Source: Trypanosoma brucei
Taxonomy: Eukaryota
DNA: 64,000 bases
NCBI GenBank assembly: GCA_000002445.1
Contig: AL929603.2
Span: 352,001 to 416,000, forward strand
Direction of reading: 5' to 3'
The position numbers and the translations under genes were made by a program. Below, piece by piece: positions 42,806 to 53,677 of this stretch (positions within the stretch are counted from its first letter, which is position 1; every line of letters starts with the position of its first letter). The notes under the pieces were generated by a model. It made no database searches and had not been told where the DNA came from. It saw only the letters and a program-made list of their open reading frames with translations.

Positions 42806-44761
42806 ATGACAGAAAGAGAGCTTGTCACGTTGGCACTGGGAAATTACGCCACTTTGGTCGCCGCTCAATGGGCTAATGGTACAACAAGTTATGACGTGGC
42901 TCACAACACGCTTTACACCGAGCGACACCTCCGAGCCGTCTGCGGTGGGGCGGTTGATAATAACCGGAGTGAATTGCAAAGTGGCACGGATGGTTTGATA
43001 CGAGTGCCGCGATTGGTTCTTTTGGATGCGCCACACGCCACACGATTGCGGTGTAAACCATCACTCAATGCAGCTGCTGCTGTACAGAACGAGGAGAGCG
43101 AGGGGGAGCATGAGCAGAATGAAACTAGAATTTATGATGATGATGATGATGATGATGATGACGATGAAAGTGAAAGTGAAAAGGATGCGGGTGGCGATGA
43201 TGCAGAGTCTCGGTATTATACACGAGGTGAGGTGGGGACAGGAGTTTTCCTTCAAGGCGATTCATTGGCAATGAACTCTGAAACACATGAAACGGGGGCG
43301 TTTGATGCACAGAGAAGCACCTCGGAAACTGCTGTTTCGTCCTTTCAAAAATCACAACCTTCACTGAAAGCCATAAAAAGACGGTTATTCCGTGAGAAGG
43401 ATGATCTCATTCCATGGTGGCAGTACATTTGCAGTGGTGTCGCCTCCGATGCGGTACATGTGTTACATCCGCTGCATCGCATTGGCGGTATCCCCACAGC
43501 TGGTGGCAACGACATACCGCTGCTTCATAACTTTGGCTTTGGAATGAGCCACCTTCGCTCCTCCGTGAGTAGTAATGTTGCGGACGTAGTGGAGAGCCTT
43601 CGAAGGCAGTTGGAAGATGCAGATTTATTGCAAGGACTTCAATGTTTTGTTGATGGGGACTCCGCCTTCGGTGGGGCTGCATGCAACATCATGGAGGAGT
43701 TCTGGGAAGATGCCGGTTCAAAGGTGCCTGCAACGTTTTTTTGCTGTTTTCAGACACTTCCGGAGGAAGTTGCCGCGGCGCATAGTGATGTGGACTTTGC
43801 GGATAGGCGGAAGGACGAGCAGTGCCTTAATCGGCTTCTCGCCACCGCGAAGTTATCGAGCCACGATAGCGCCGTGTATGTGCCAATGGAGCTGGCGCAG
43901 TGGCGAACATCTTTTGCCTCTTCTTCTTCCTTGAATGGATCCACTCATTTGGCTCCCAAAGCTGCTGCCTGGCTTCAGGATGATACAGCCACAGCACAAG
44001 TGGTTGCATCGTTTGCTGATACCACCCTTTACGGGACTCGCGACGAGGGAAAACTAAACACAGGGGGGTGTGGTGGCCCAGCTTTTTACATGCAAGATTG
44101 GCAAGCCGCCGTCAGGCCCACAAGATGCCTGAGAGTCGCATCAGCCCTTACTTCCATGCCCATGCCTGTACATGACGTACGATTACCTCGAGGGGACTTG
44201 TGGGACTTCCTCCAGCGGAATCCGTTGCTTCAAACGAGTTGTGGCGAGGGCGGCGGCTATTTTGCACCACTAACACATGCTGTAAGCTCGGGACCAGAGA
44301 AAGAGTCGGGCCGCGTTCTGGGCCACGCGGTTACGCTCCGCGGTGCGGGTCAATTGCACGACTTGACATACCCACGCCAGGAAGCCCTTTTGCGTTATGC
44401 GCTTCCGCTGCGATCGGGGAATTATCTGCCACTTATCACTGACAATAGTTATCCCATATCATCCACATTCCCCCGTGACTTTGTGCTCCCTAATGAGTTA
44501 GTGTCATCAGGAGCTCTGCAGGGCATTGATATGGGCTCGCACATCGTGTCTACATACGACTCGGCACCCATGTTACAGTCTATAGTTGCTCAGGCACAAA
44601 AAGTGGTAAGGCGAAGCCGTCACCTCCACGAAGCGTCGTATGAGATGGACGGTGATGAGTGGAAGGAGGTGCTGGAGGATGTCATGGTCATTCGCGATGA
44701 CTATTATCACCCAGCTGATGAGGATTATGCCGATAACGGTGATGATATTAGCATGAACTGA
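42806..44761 (+). CDS. Misato/DML1 family protein (tubulin/FtsZ-like, mitochondrial distribution and morphology)
   Basis: The track start at 42788 is a GTG. The first ATG at 42806 gives MTERELVTLALGNYATLVAAQWAN..DVAHNTLYTERHL..PRLVLLDAPHA, which aligns with the Misato N-terminus ([47 protein letters not shown]). An internal poly-Asp insertion is encoded by (GAT)n. Confidence 0.7.
   Translation: MTERELVTLALGNYATLVAAQWANGTTSYDVAHNTLYTERHLRAVCGGAVDNNRSELQSGTDGLIRVPRLVLLDAPHATRLRCKPSLNAAAAVQNEESEGEHEQNETRIYDDDDDDDDDDESESEKDAGGDDAESRYYTRGEVGTGVFLQGDSLAMNSETHETGAFDAQRSTSETAVSSFQKSQPSLKAIKRRLFREKDDLIPWWQYICSGVASDAVHVLHPLHRIGGIPTAGGNDIPLLHNFGFGMSHLRSSVSSNVADVVESLRRQLEDADLLQGLQCFVDGDSAFGGAACNIMEEFWEDAGSKVPATFFCCFQTLPEEVAAAHSDVDFADRRKDEQCLNRLLATAKLSSHDSAVYVPMELAQWRTSFASSSSLNGSTHLAPKAAAWLQDDTATAQVVASFADTTLYGTRDEGKLNTGGCGGPAFYMQDWQAAVRPTRCLRVASALTSMPMPVHDVRLPRGDLWDFLQRNPLLQTSCGEGGGYFAPLTHAVSSGPEKESGRVLGHAVTLRGAGQLHDLTYPRQEALLRYALPLRSGNYLPLITDNSYPISSTFPRDFVLPNELVSSGALQGIDMGSHIVSTYDSAPMLQSIVAQAQKVVRRSRHLHEASYEMDGDEWKEVLEDVMVIRDDYYHPADEDYADNGDDISMN
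43136..43175 (+). repeat. (GAT)n trinucleotide repeat encoding a poly-Asp tract inside the Misato-like CDS
   Basis: Sequence: gatgatgatgatgatgatgatgatgacgatgaa, encoding DDDDDDDDDDDDE. Confidence 0.85.
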
Positions 44762-45189
44762 TCGGTTGCCCTATGTCCAAGGGAAACGCTAAATTGTCGT
44801 TTAAAGGATTAGCTTCTAACTTTAGCCAGTGCGGGTAAGGGTTTGTTGGGCATGCCCATGAGAGTCACAGGGGCAAGATATATGGCCTCAATGCCAAGTC
44901 TGAGGTGTTTTATTCTCCTTTTTTTTCCCCCCTTCAGCACCTCTTTGAATTTGACATTTTGCGTGTTGTTTTTTTTTCAGTTCGTACTGCCATTATTGTT
45001 CCGACATTTTCCTTTCCCCTCCGTTGCGCCCGTCTTTTCTATTCGTTTGGATTATGTGTTATGCAGTATCAAGACTTAACACCTACGCTTGCCTCAGATT
45101 ATCCACAGCGTATCGTGTTTATTTGCATTCATTTTCCCTATTTTCACCTCCGCTACTGTTGTGATAACTTCGCAACTTAAGGTACAGAA

Positions 45190-47262
45190 ATGACAGACGG
45201 CGTTACATTACATGGAGAAACCGATGTGACGGTACAACGGCAGCAGCAGGAGCGGAACAAACGCATTGGAGGTGGTGCTTTCCACCCCACAACCCCTTCA
45301 GTGTACCGGTTTGAAAGCAGGGATGATTGTACAGTTTGGGAGACAACAAGTGCTCCACACACCCAGAAGCGCAGTGCTGCTGCGGACGAATATGTTACCG
45401 TATGTCTCAGCCCATTTCACGGTAGAAGACCCACAATACTATTTAAACCGTTTGATCGACCGTGTGACGATGATTTACTTGGAGCTGATAAACACATCTA
45501 TATTGAACCCTCACCACTGCCAAGGCTTCAAAGTGATGCAACTGAAGAAAGGAGTCAGGAAGAAGGTGTGTTTATTAAATGCCAGAGGACGGAGCAAATT
45601 GCCCGAACTGGACCGTACGGCACGCTCAGCTTTACGATGCCTGCCCCCGCAGTCCGCTTTTCTGCTGTTATGTGCGCTCTGGAGCGTGCGGGCTTTGTGG
45701 AAGACACAAGTTTACTCTCCAAATCCTGGTTGCTTAAATGGTGCAAACGCCCCGTACGCAGCGATTTTTCAAAACTGAGATTGTTTCAACGTATCAATCA
45801 CTTCCCGGGAACGTGGCGCCTCGGTAAGAAGGATGAGTTGCATCGGCACCTAGTCGCTGCAAGAGTGAGGTGGAACGCACAAATTGCTTCGGATAGTGGA
45901 GGCTACGGGGAAAGGCACCGCAGTAGCACTAACAGTAATGGTGACTGCTGTGAAGGAGGGAATAGCGAACATATGAATTTTTTCCCGGAAGCTTGGGTGT
46001 TGCCAGACGAACAGGAGGAACTGAATCGTGTACTGTGTGCGAAAGAAGAGCGTGGTAACGTGTTTATCGCTAAGCCCACAACAGCCGCATGTGGGCGAGG
46101 TATTCAACTCTTGGTAGCTGGGGAGCCTTCTCATTCCAGTTTAATGCGGCGACTAAATGGTGTACACAATAATTCGGATAGTACGCAGAGAGGACGTGGG
46201 GAAAACAACACACCCAACTTTCAATGTAGTAACGGTGCCGACATTCGTAGGTCATCTAATCGAATGATAGTGCAGCGCTACGTTTCGGATCCACTGTTAG
46301 TTGAAGGCTATAAGTTTGATTTGCGCCTCTATGTTGTTGTAACGTCATATGTACCTTTGCGCGCGTACCTCTACACGGAAGGGTTGGTGCGGTTCGCAAC
46401 TTCTCCATACCCAAACGACCCCGCCGGAGTCCGTGCTGAGGCGGTGATGGGTGAGAGGACGCTTACGGCACATCTTACAAATTTTACCATCAACAAGAAA
46501 TCGGAGGATTTCTTTTCGCCTGCCGGCGTGCACACCAACGATGCCGACGTTGAAGACACCGCGTCTGTAAACAGCGCTTCAAAGTGGACCCTTAGTGCTC
46601 TTGAAAGTCATTTTAACAAGCATGGTTTGGATTGGGATGGGACAATGAAACAAATACACGATATTCTCGTAAAAGTACTCCTTTCTGTGCAGCCCCACGT
46701 GAAGGCAGAAATGGACTCTATAGCCAGTGGCGGCAGTGGGAGCCGTGTGAGGGACAGTTGTTTTGAAGTTTACGGAGTGGATGTTTTGCTGCGCAGGCCA
46801 CCATCCTCGAAAGTAATACCGATTCCAGTTCTAATGGAAGTGAATATTATGCCGTCCCTCAGTACGCACTACTCGTTGCTTGATCAGTGTGTAAAGGGCA
46901 ATTTTGTTGCAGATATGCTCACGTTAGTTGGTCTTACTGCTGGTTCATCGCCTGTTAGCGCTGGTGGTACGCGCTGCAAAGGCAATGGCGACGGCAATAT
47001 GTCTCCGAGTGAAATTTACGGACATGCATTTCTTGATTCTTTGAATGATGTAACGGAGCGGGAGGCGTGTGTGAGAGCGGAGGAAGAGCAATTGCGAAGT
47101 AGGAACTTCATACGAATATGCCCAACATCAGAGTCATACAACCGCTATTGTGCTTTGTTTAGCGAGCCGGAAGGTGTGGGAAACAGATGCCGCTCGCTGG
47201 ATGAAGTGTTAAGCGCATGGGAACAGGCCAGACGTGACAACCCCCCATCGTGGGCTTCTTAA
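45190..47262 (+). CDS. Tubulin-tyrosine-ligase-like (TTLL) protein
   Basis: TTL-fold motifs: FIAKPTTAACGRGIQL, IVQRYVSDPLLVEGYKFDLRLYVVVTSYVPLRAYLYTEGLVRFATSPY, HLTNFTINKK, FEVYGVDVLL...PVLMEVNIMPSLS. Confidence 0.85.
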   Translation: MTDGVTLHGETDVTVQRQQQERNKRIGGGAFHPTTPSVYRFESRDDCTVWETTSAPHTQKRSAAADEYVTVCLSPFHGRRPTILFKPFDRPCDDDLLGADKHIYIEPSPLPRLQSDATEERSQEEGVFIKCQRTEQIARTGPYGTLSFTMPAPAVRFSAVMCALERAGFVEDTSLLSKSWLLKWCKRPVRSDFSKLRLFQRINHFPGTWRLGKKDELHRHLVAARVRWNAQIASDSGGYGERHRSSTNSNGDCCEGGNSEHMNFFPEAWVLPDEQEELNRVLCAKEERGNVFIAKPTTAACGRGIQLLVAGEPSHSSLMRRLNGVHNNSDSTQRGRGENNTPNFQCSNGADIRRSSNRMIVQRYVSDPLLVEGYKFDLRLYVVVTSYVPLRAYLYTEGLVRFATSPYPNDPAGVRAEAVMGERTLTAHLTNFTINKKSEDFFSPAGVHTNDADVEDTASVNSASKWTLSALESHFNKHGLDWDGTMKQIHDILVKVLLSVQPHVKAEMDSIASGGSGSRVRDSCFEVYGVDVLLRRPPSSKVIPIPVLMEVNIMPSLSTHYSLLDQCVKGNFVADMLTLVGLTAGSSPVSAGGTRCKGNGDGNMSPSEIYGHAFLDSLNDVTEREACVRAEEEQLRSRNFIRICPTSESYNRYCALFSEPEGVGNRCRSLDEVLSAWEQARRDNPPSWAS

Positions 47263-47475
47263 CATTATCGTGCGAAGGTTGCAAAGGGAAGGGGATGTAG
47301 CCGTTGTGGTGTTGGGCTCAAAAGTAGGCGAATCGGTTCAAACACAGAAAGAAATTACACAAGATTTTTTTTTACTTGGGGGGAGGGGGAAGGCGCGCTT
47401 CTTTTTTTTGTGTGTGTGTGTGAAACTTTTGTTGCTTTTGATGGTGCCGTCAGCGCTCATTTACGTAGATATGTG

Positions 47476-47580
47476 ACCGCATTTTTTTTCATTTTGATCA
47501 TTGTCGTTATTGTTGCGTGGCTATTTATTCCCTCAGCATCAATTTTACTGTTTTCTCGACACAATTTCTGCCTTGCACAA
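47476..47580 (+). promoter_or_regulatory. Pyrimidine-rich tract upstream of NSF; candidate trans-splice acceptor region
   Basis: ttttttttcattttgatcattgtcgttattgttgcgtggctatttattccctcagcatcaattttactgttttctcgac, followed by AG dinucleotides before the ATG at 47676. Confidence 0.35.
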
Positions 47581-47675
47581 GCACGCGCCGTGTGGAAGAT
47601 TTAAATAGACGGATAAATATAATAGGGAACAGACTACTTCCAAACAAAAACAAAAAAGAAAAGAGAAAAATAAAC

Positions 47676-49853
47676 ATGGGGAAAAGTTTTGTCGTACGGT
47701 CGGTCCTCACCGACGAGGATTCTTACGCCAACCGGATATACCTTAATCCCGCGGATAAGGCATTGTACAAACACCCTGATGGTGTTGTGATGATTAAAAA
47801 TTATCCCTTTACGATTGATGTCCGTGGCCCTATTGAGCGCGGGGAGGTCGCAATGAACAGCATTCAGCGCCGTTTAGTGGGCGTGACAACTACCGCAGGA
47901 AGCGTTGTGGAATTAGAGGATTATGTTGGCAGTGTAAGTTGCATTACAACCATGCATGTTTTGGTTGAACATGTTGCGGCATCCAAGAGGGGAGGAACCC
48001 TTGACTGTGATCTGTTCATTAAGACCTTCCGCAGACAATATAACTTTCAGTGCTTCCGCGATAAACAAGCTCTCGCTGTAAAGGTTGCAGACATGAAACT
48101 CTTGGTTACGATAACGAAGTTGGTCGTTGAAAATGACGGAACGGTTGGTCAAGTTTCTGAAAATATGGGTTTGATTGTGCGTGTTGGTGAAAAGAGTGAG
48201 ATAACGCTTAACAACCTGCCAGACGACCAGATAGACGCTCAGCAGCCACAAATACTGCAGACATTCAATCTTGAGGGACTTGGCATTGGTGGGCTTTCAA
48301 GTGAGTTTGCGCAGATATTCCGCCGTGCTTTTGCCAGCCGTCTGTTCCCGCAATCGTTTGTGAAAAAAGTTGGGGTGAAGCATGTCAAGGGTGTGTTGCT
48401 GTATGGGCCTCCTGGAACTGGTAAAACTCTTATTGCACGCAAAATCGGTGAAATTCTTAACTGTCGGCCTCCCAAAATAGTGAATGGACCTGAAGTGTTC
48501 AGCAAGTACGTTGGTGCAACTGAGGAGAATGTGCGAAAGTTGTTTGCTGATGCTGAGGCGGAAGCAGCTGCCAAAGGTGATCAATCGCAGTTGCATCTCA
48601 TCATTTTCGATGAGTTTGACTCCATTTGCAAACAGCGTGGAGCAACACGAGACTCCACAGGTGTCAACGATAATGTTGTAAATCAGCTTCTTTCCAAGAT
48701 TGATGGTGTTAATTCGCTAAACAACGTGTTGCTTATTGGAATGACAAACCGTATCGACCTTATCGACGAAGCGATTCTACGGCCAGGGCGATTTGAGGTC
48801 CACGTGGAAATTGGGTTGCCAAATGAAAAGGGTCGTGTGGAGATTCTCCGTATTCATACTCGCGGTATGCAGGAGAATAAAGTGCTGGGGAAGGATGTAG
48901 ACATTGAAAAACTCGCGGCGCTAACCAAAAACTACTCGGGTGCTGAGTTGGAGGGTGTTGTGCGCTCTGCTTCTTCCAATGCGTTCAACAGGCACATCAA
49001 CCTAGAAGATCCAAGTGAGATTATCAATCCACAAGACGTCTTTGTTACCCAAAACGATTTTCTGACAGCTATTGAAGAGCTGAAGCCGGCGTTTGGGCAA
49101 GCTAAGGAGGAATGCAACAATCTAAAGCGTGGTGGTATCATCAACTATGGCAAGGAATGGGTTGGTGTTGAGGATCGCTGCAGGCAATATGTGGATCAAC
49201 TGAAAAGTGAAGGTAAGCGAATCAACACCCTCACCGTTCTTATTGATGGGCGACCGGGCAGCGGCAAGTCTGCAGTGGCAGCTCATCTCGCAGATATGGC
49301 GGGTTTCCCGTACGTCCGTGTTATATCCAATGAGGATATGGTGGGATACGGTGAGGCACAAAAGGTGAACATCATTCGCAAAGCCTTTGACGACGCGGGC
49401 AAATCCCCGTTCAGTACCGTTATATTAGATGACGTGGAGCGCATTATTGAATTCTCTTACATGGGTGGGCGTTATAGCAATGCTATTCTCCAGGCTCTTT
49501 TAGTACTAATTAAGCGGCCACCACCAAATGAACGAAAGTTACTTGTTGTTGCGACTACCTCAATGTCTGAAGTGATGGACACTTTGGAACTCACTTCGTG
49601 TTTCTCGGTTAAAATGCATGTGCCGTGTGCCCCACAGAGTGCATTGGAGAAGATTGCACAGGAGATGGGACTGCAGTGGATGGATGAGCAAACCAAAGTA
49701 ACCTGCAAGACGGCCATAACGGAACCGATGCCCATCAAGCAGATGATGTTGTTGCTGGAAATGTCGGCGGAAAAGTGTGGAACGGGGCAACTTACAATAA
49801 TGGCTCAAACGTTCAGCCAAGCTCTCGATTCCATTGCGGGAAGGTCAGAGTAG
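47676..49853 (+). CDS. NSF: N-ethylmaleimide-sensitive factor (NSF) vesicle-fusing AAA ATPase
   Basis: The first ATG that fits is at 47676 (MGKSFVVRSVL..); upstream track residues are intergenic read-through. Two AAA domains are present: D1 Walker A GVLLYGPPGTGKT with DEFDSI (Walker B), and D2 GRPGSGKS. The total length is as expected. Confidence 0.9.
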   Translation: MGKSFVVRSVLTDEDSYANRIYLNPADKALYKHPDGVVMIKNYPFTIDVRGPIERGEVAMNSIQRRLVGVTTTAGSVVELEDYVGSVSCITTMHVLVEHVAASKRGGTLDCDLFIKTFRRQYNFQCFRDKQALAVKVADMKLLVTITKLVVENDGTVGQVSENMGLIVRVGEKSEITLNNLPDDQIDAQQPQILQTFNLEGLGIGGLSSEFAQIFRRAFASRLFPQSFVKKVGVKHVKGVLLYGPPGTGKTLIARKIGEILNCRPPKIVNGPEVFSKYVGATEENVRKLFADAEAEAAAKGDQSQLHLIIFDEFDSICKQRGATRDSTGVNDNVVNQLLSKIDGVNSLNNVLLIGMTNRIDLIDEAILRPGRFEVHVEIGLPNEKGRVEILRIHTRGMQENKVLGKDVDIEKLAALTKNYSGAELEGVVRSASSNAFNRHINLEDPSEIINPQDVFVTQNDFLTAIEELKPAFGQAKEECNNLKRGGIINYGKEWVGVEDRCRQYVDQLKSEGKRINTLTVLIDGRPGSGKSAVAAHLADMAGFPYVRVISNEDMVGYGEAQKVNIIRKAFDDAGKSPFSTVILDDVERIIEFSYMGGRYSNAILQALLVLIKRPPPNERKLLVVATTSMSEVMDTLELTSCFSVKMHVPCAPQSALEKIAQEMGLQWMDEQTKVTCKTAITEPMPIKQMMLLLEMSAEKCGTGQLTIMAQTFSQALDSIAGRSE

Positions 49854-51774
49854 GTCAGTATTTGGTGTCGGATCGTGCTTTGTTTTACTCGTGTTTAGTT
49901 GCAATGCTCCTTTGTTGCTGTTGTTGTTGCTGCTGCTTTTCATTTTCGTGTTCCTGTGATTTCGTTTCCAAATGTGTGGTGGGTTAACTTATCACCTCCT
50001 TGATAGGTTGTGGGTATGTCAGAAAAGGGTGGTGGAGAGTATGTGGTGCTGAAGGCTTGTATAAGATATCTCGCAAAATAGACAACAATATATGAGTGAT
50101 GGTACTGTTTTGTCAGTGGTTATTATTACCATGATGTTACTTGCTCTCCATACCTCAGGACTTGTTTAATTGGGCGATTTAATTATACAGCCCCCTTCGC
50201 ATTCTTCTCCCCTGTTTTTTTTTTCATTCTCTGCGCGGTACTCAACCTGGTCTGTTGCTTTCTCTAACGGGAGGAGCCCGTGATGCATTCGACACTCATA
50301 ATGTGTTGCCCTACATTTTACTGTTACTGTTTCTTTCGTTCTTTGGATGCGTCGTTTTTCTCATATGTGATTTCTGTTTTCCCTTTTTTGCCGTCGGATT
50401 ACCGTGGTTCAACTTATTTTCCCCTTTATTTTCTTTTCATTCACCCCACAATGCTGGGAGTACCGTACGGACGAGGGAGAAAAGAACAAGCACCAGCAAA
50501 AAAAAAACAAAAGAAAGGAAAGAGGATTGCGTGGAATACCGTTACAAACTTAAGGAACAAACATGGAAGGGGATCGTGATGGTCGACACCGCATGTATCA
50601 TATTAAAATAAACACGATGGCATGAAGCAGCACGTGCCGTGACAGCAATAACAGCAGTAAAAAAAAAAAAAAGCATATTTGCTTATATTTTGCTGTTTTA
50701 AAAAAAATGATAAAGGAGCGAATTCATGAGCCTAGTGTTTTGGAGGCATATTGGGGCGCATGTTCCTCTCTCATGCACGGTCAAGTAAAAATCTGCGCTT
50801 ATCTCTCCTTCCCTTAACTTTGCACTCCTCTTTTTCATTCATGAAGGTGAAAAATTACGGAGAAAATGCTTTTTTTTTTCTTTTCTGCGGTCAACTCGTA
50901 TTTTGTATGTGATACCTTACAATCTTTTTTTTGATGACAAAATTTCATTTCTTTCCTTCCTTCTCTTTTGTCTCTTACTCCTCATACGATGTGTTGTTGT
51001 TGTTTTTTTCGTATGGTACCACCTCATTGCAAAAGGGATATGGAATGATATTTTGGGAAATAACATAGTTTGATATGAAATAGTAGCAAAAAGGTAAGAA
51101 GGGTGAAAAATCGTTACTCCCCCCCTTTAAAAAAAAAAAAAGAACACACGTTTACTTTAGTTTCCTTTAGTTAATTTGTTCCACTGCTGACGATCGGTGA
51201 TGATCGTGTTGATCTGTTGTGACTTCCCTTCACTCGCCTCTGGTAGCACATGTTCCTGCGGTTAAGCTGCAGTTTTTTTTTTGTTGTTAAAGGTGAAAAG
51301 TTTAGCTTCCATTGTGAATGTAAGTGCGCGTGGGAAACAGACTGTCCCAAATGCCGCATCAACGGTAATCGTGAGAATTCTCCCACATGTGCTTTGAAAT
51401 GCTATTTTTTTTTTAAAAGCAAATATGCAAAAGTTACACTTTTCAGCCGGTGGGGTGTTAATATATTTGGACAAATACTCACATATATATATACGCATAT
51501 TCGCGGGGATATTGATGTGTGCATGAAGGGGAGAAAGGATTATTTTCTGCATTGTTACCATGAAATACAGGCAATTTTAGTGCAGAAGCCCGCACTTTTT
51601 CCTCTTAAAAAGTAGTGTTACGGCCCTTTCTGATTCCTTCATTCCCAAACAAATACAAAAACATGTAAGTGTGCAAGTATTAACATTCCTTTCGAGTGCC
51701 TTCTTTCTTTCTTTGTTGTTGTTTCTTTTTTATCGCTCCTATCACGATGACAGAAGAGGTTGAACAAATTTGAC

Positions 51775-52680
51775 ATGTCACTTCGGCGCCACGTGATTAC
51801 TCGGAGCATTTCAGTCCACAACCGCTTTATTTCTTCCAGTGGAGAACAAAAAACTGGAGGGTCGCGGGGTGGTTTCTTTTCGGTTCTTCGCTACGGACCT
51901 CGCAATCGAGCTGAACTATTCGGTCTCTGCCTCGGTTGTGCCATGTGCCCTTTATCGATTTATTTGATTAACTGGTGTGAAGGCTGCAGCAACAGGAATA
52001 ACAACACGCAACCGGAGTTGGTACTCGGTAATGAAACATTTGTAACTCATGGGGTTGCAGCTCCCGACAAGGGATCCAAATATCCTCTGGGAGGACCCTT
52101 TAGATTGCGCGAGAGCCGTACGGGAAATTATATCACCGATAAGGAACTCTTTCAGGATCATTGGACGCTATTATACTTCGGCTTCTCCAAGTGTGCGGAG
52201 GTGTGTCCATCTACGTTGCGTTTTATTACAGATGTCATGAAGGCATGTGATGAGAAACTGGCGGGTGACAAAAACTTATCGACAGAGGCTGCGAGGTTGC
52301 AGGCGGTGTTTCTTAGCGTTGATTCACGGCGTGACACGCCTGAGGTTCTTGAAGGGTTTGTTTCAAAATACGACCCTCGAGTCCGAGGACTTACCGGAAC
52401 CTCAAAGGAGATTGAGCAGGCGGCGAGGGCGTGGCGTGTGTATTATTCATCAATTGACGAAACGGATGAAGAAAAATCGGCGCGTGAGGCGAAGGGAGTG
52501 CCGATGGTGGGCGCCGATGATGATACGTACCAACTGGATCACAGTAGTGCAATATATCTTGTTGGAGTGGATGGAAAGTTGAAAGATTTCTTTTTCAAGG
52601 AAATGGGCGTTGCCGATGCCGTTGGAAGGTTGGAGGTGCATCTTCAAGATGTCTATGGATTTAAGGACACACGCGGTTGA
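51775..52680 (+). CDS. SCO1: SCO1/SenC family cytochrome-c-oxidase assembly copper chaperone (thioredoxin fold)
   Basis: The track start is a TTG; the first ATG is at 51775. The CxxxC motif is in HWTLLYFGFSKCAEVCPSTL. The conserved His is in DHSSAIYLVGVDGK. The N-terminal region looks like a mitochondrial presequence. Confidence 0.8.
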   Translation: MSLRRHVITRSISVHNRFISSSGEQKTGGSRGGFFSVLRYGPRNRAELFGLCLGCAMCPLSIYLINWCEGCSNRNNNTQPELVLGNETFVTHGVAAPDKGSKYPLGGPFRLRESRTGNYITDKELFQDHWTLLYFGFSKCAEVCPSTLRFITDVMKACDEKLAGDKNLSTEAARLQAVFLSVDSRRDTPEVLEGFVSKYDPRVRGLTGTSKEIEQAARAWRVYYSSIDETDEEKSAREAKGVPMVGADDDTYQLDHSSAIYLVGVDGKLKDFFFKEMGVADAVGRLEVHLQDVYGFKDTRG

Positions 52681-53677
52681 AATAAATATATTTATTTATT
52701 TATTTATATTTCTCTTTATTATTTGAGGAAGGGAAGATTTTTTTTAGGGGGGAAGTAATCATCCGGTGAGCGGCGAAAACACGTGAAACTTTTCTTTTTT
52801 TTTTCTTCACAGTTCAAACACCACTGTTGTTCATTGTAGTTGCTTCGGTGTTTGTCTCCACTGTTTTCCTTCCTCCCGCATCTATTCTAGTCGTGGGATA
52901 CACGGTCGTGGGTGCTATCGTTTTTTTGTAAATGTTACATGAAGTTTCTTTTCTTTAGCTTATCTTTTCCTTTATTCTTTTGCATGTGTTGCTTTTGTTT
53001 TTCCTCTTATTATATTTTTTGCCCTTGTGTTGTTTGCGAAATTCCACTAGATTTGGAAGGAGACAGCGACTTATTGCGGCGGTGCTACGGATGGGATGGA
53101 CGAGTTAACGGAATACATGATGAGAGTATAATGAAGAAAGAGGCAACAGAAGGGTGTTTTTTTTCGCTTTTTTTTCTTATTTGTTTGTTCTCTCCACTTG
53201 AATGAAGAGATTGATATAATTGAGATTTATGAGGCTTGCTGCATCGGATGTTACTCACTCTTTTTATGTAGGTGCTGCATTGTTTTTTCCTCTTCTCTTG
53301 TTCTGTCTAATTTTTATGGATTTGTTTTTTTTTTTGTTACTTTAAAACAACTTTTGCTTCAGATTTTTTTTCTTTGTGTGTGTTTGTGTGTGTGTGTGCA
53401 CGCGTTTTCGTGGCAAATAATCCATCTGGGAGGTTTTGCTTCCCACTTGTGAGCCACCAAAAGGCGGCAGTGACGCTCGCGTGTGGTGGAGGTAACCTCT
53501 CTCCCGTTTCAGTATTTGGCCAGCAGCTCGTGTCAGTTGTTGGATCTGGTTGAGGCGCGGGGGAGAGGAGGATAAAGGGACATAGACATTTTCAAGAGAG
53601 GGAACTGCGTGACAGCTAACGGCCCTGCTGCGGTTGCTGCTGTCCAACAGGCCTCTAACGCATAGAATAGGGAGAAC

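Noticed and set aside
50255-51615. Two + strand ORFs (118 aa and 121 aa) between NSF and SCO1
   Set aside because: They have no recognisable motifs. Both carry F/C-rich low-complexity segments. They overlap pyrimidine tracts that more likely serve as the SCO1 splice-acceptor region. They are probably UTR.
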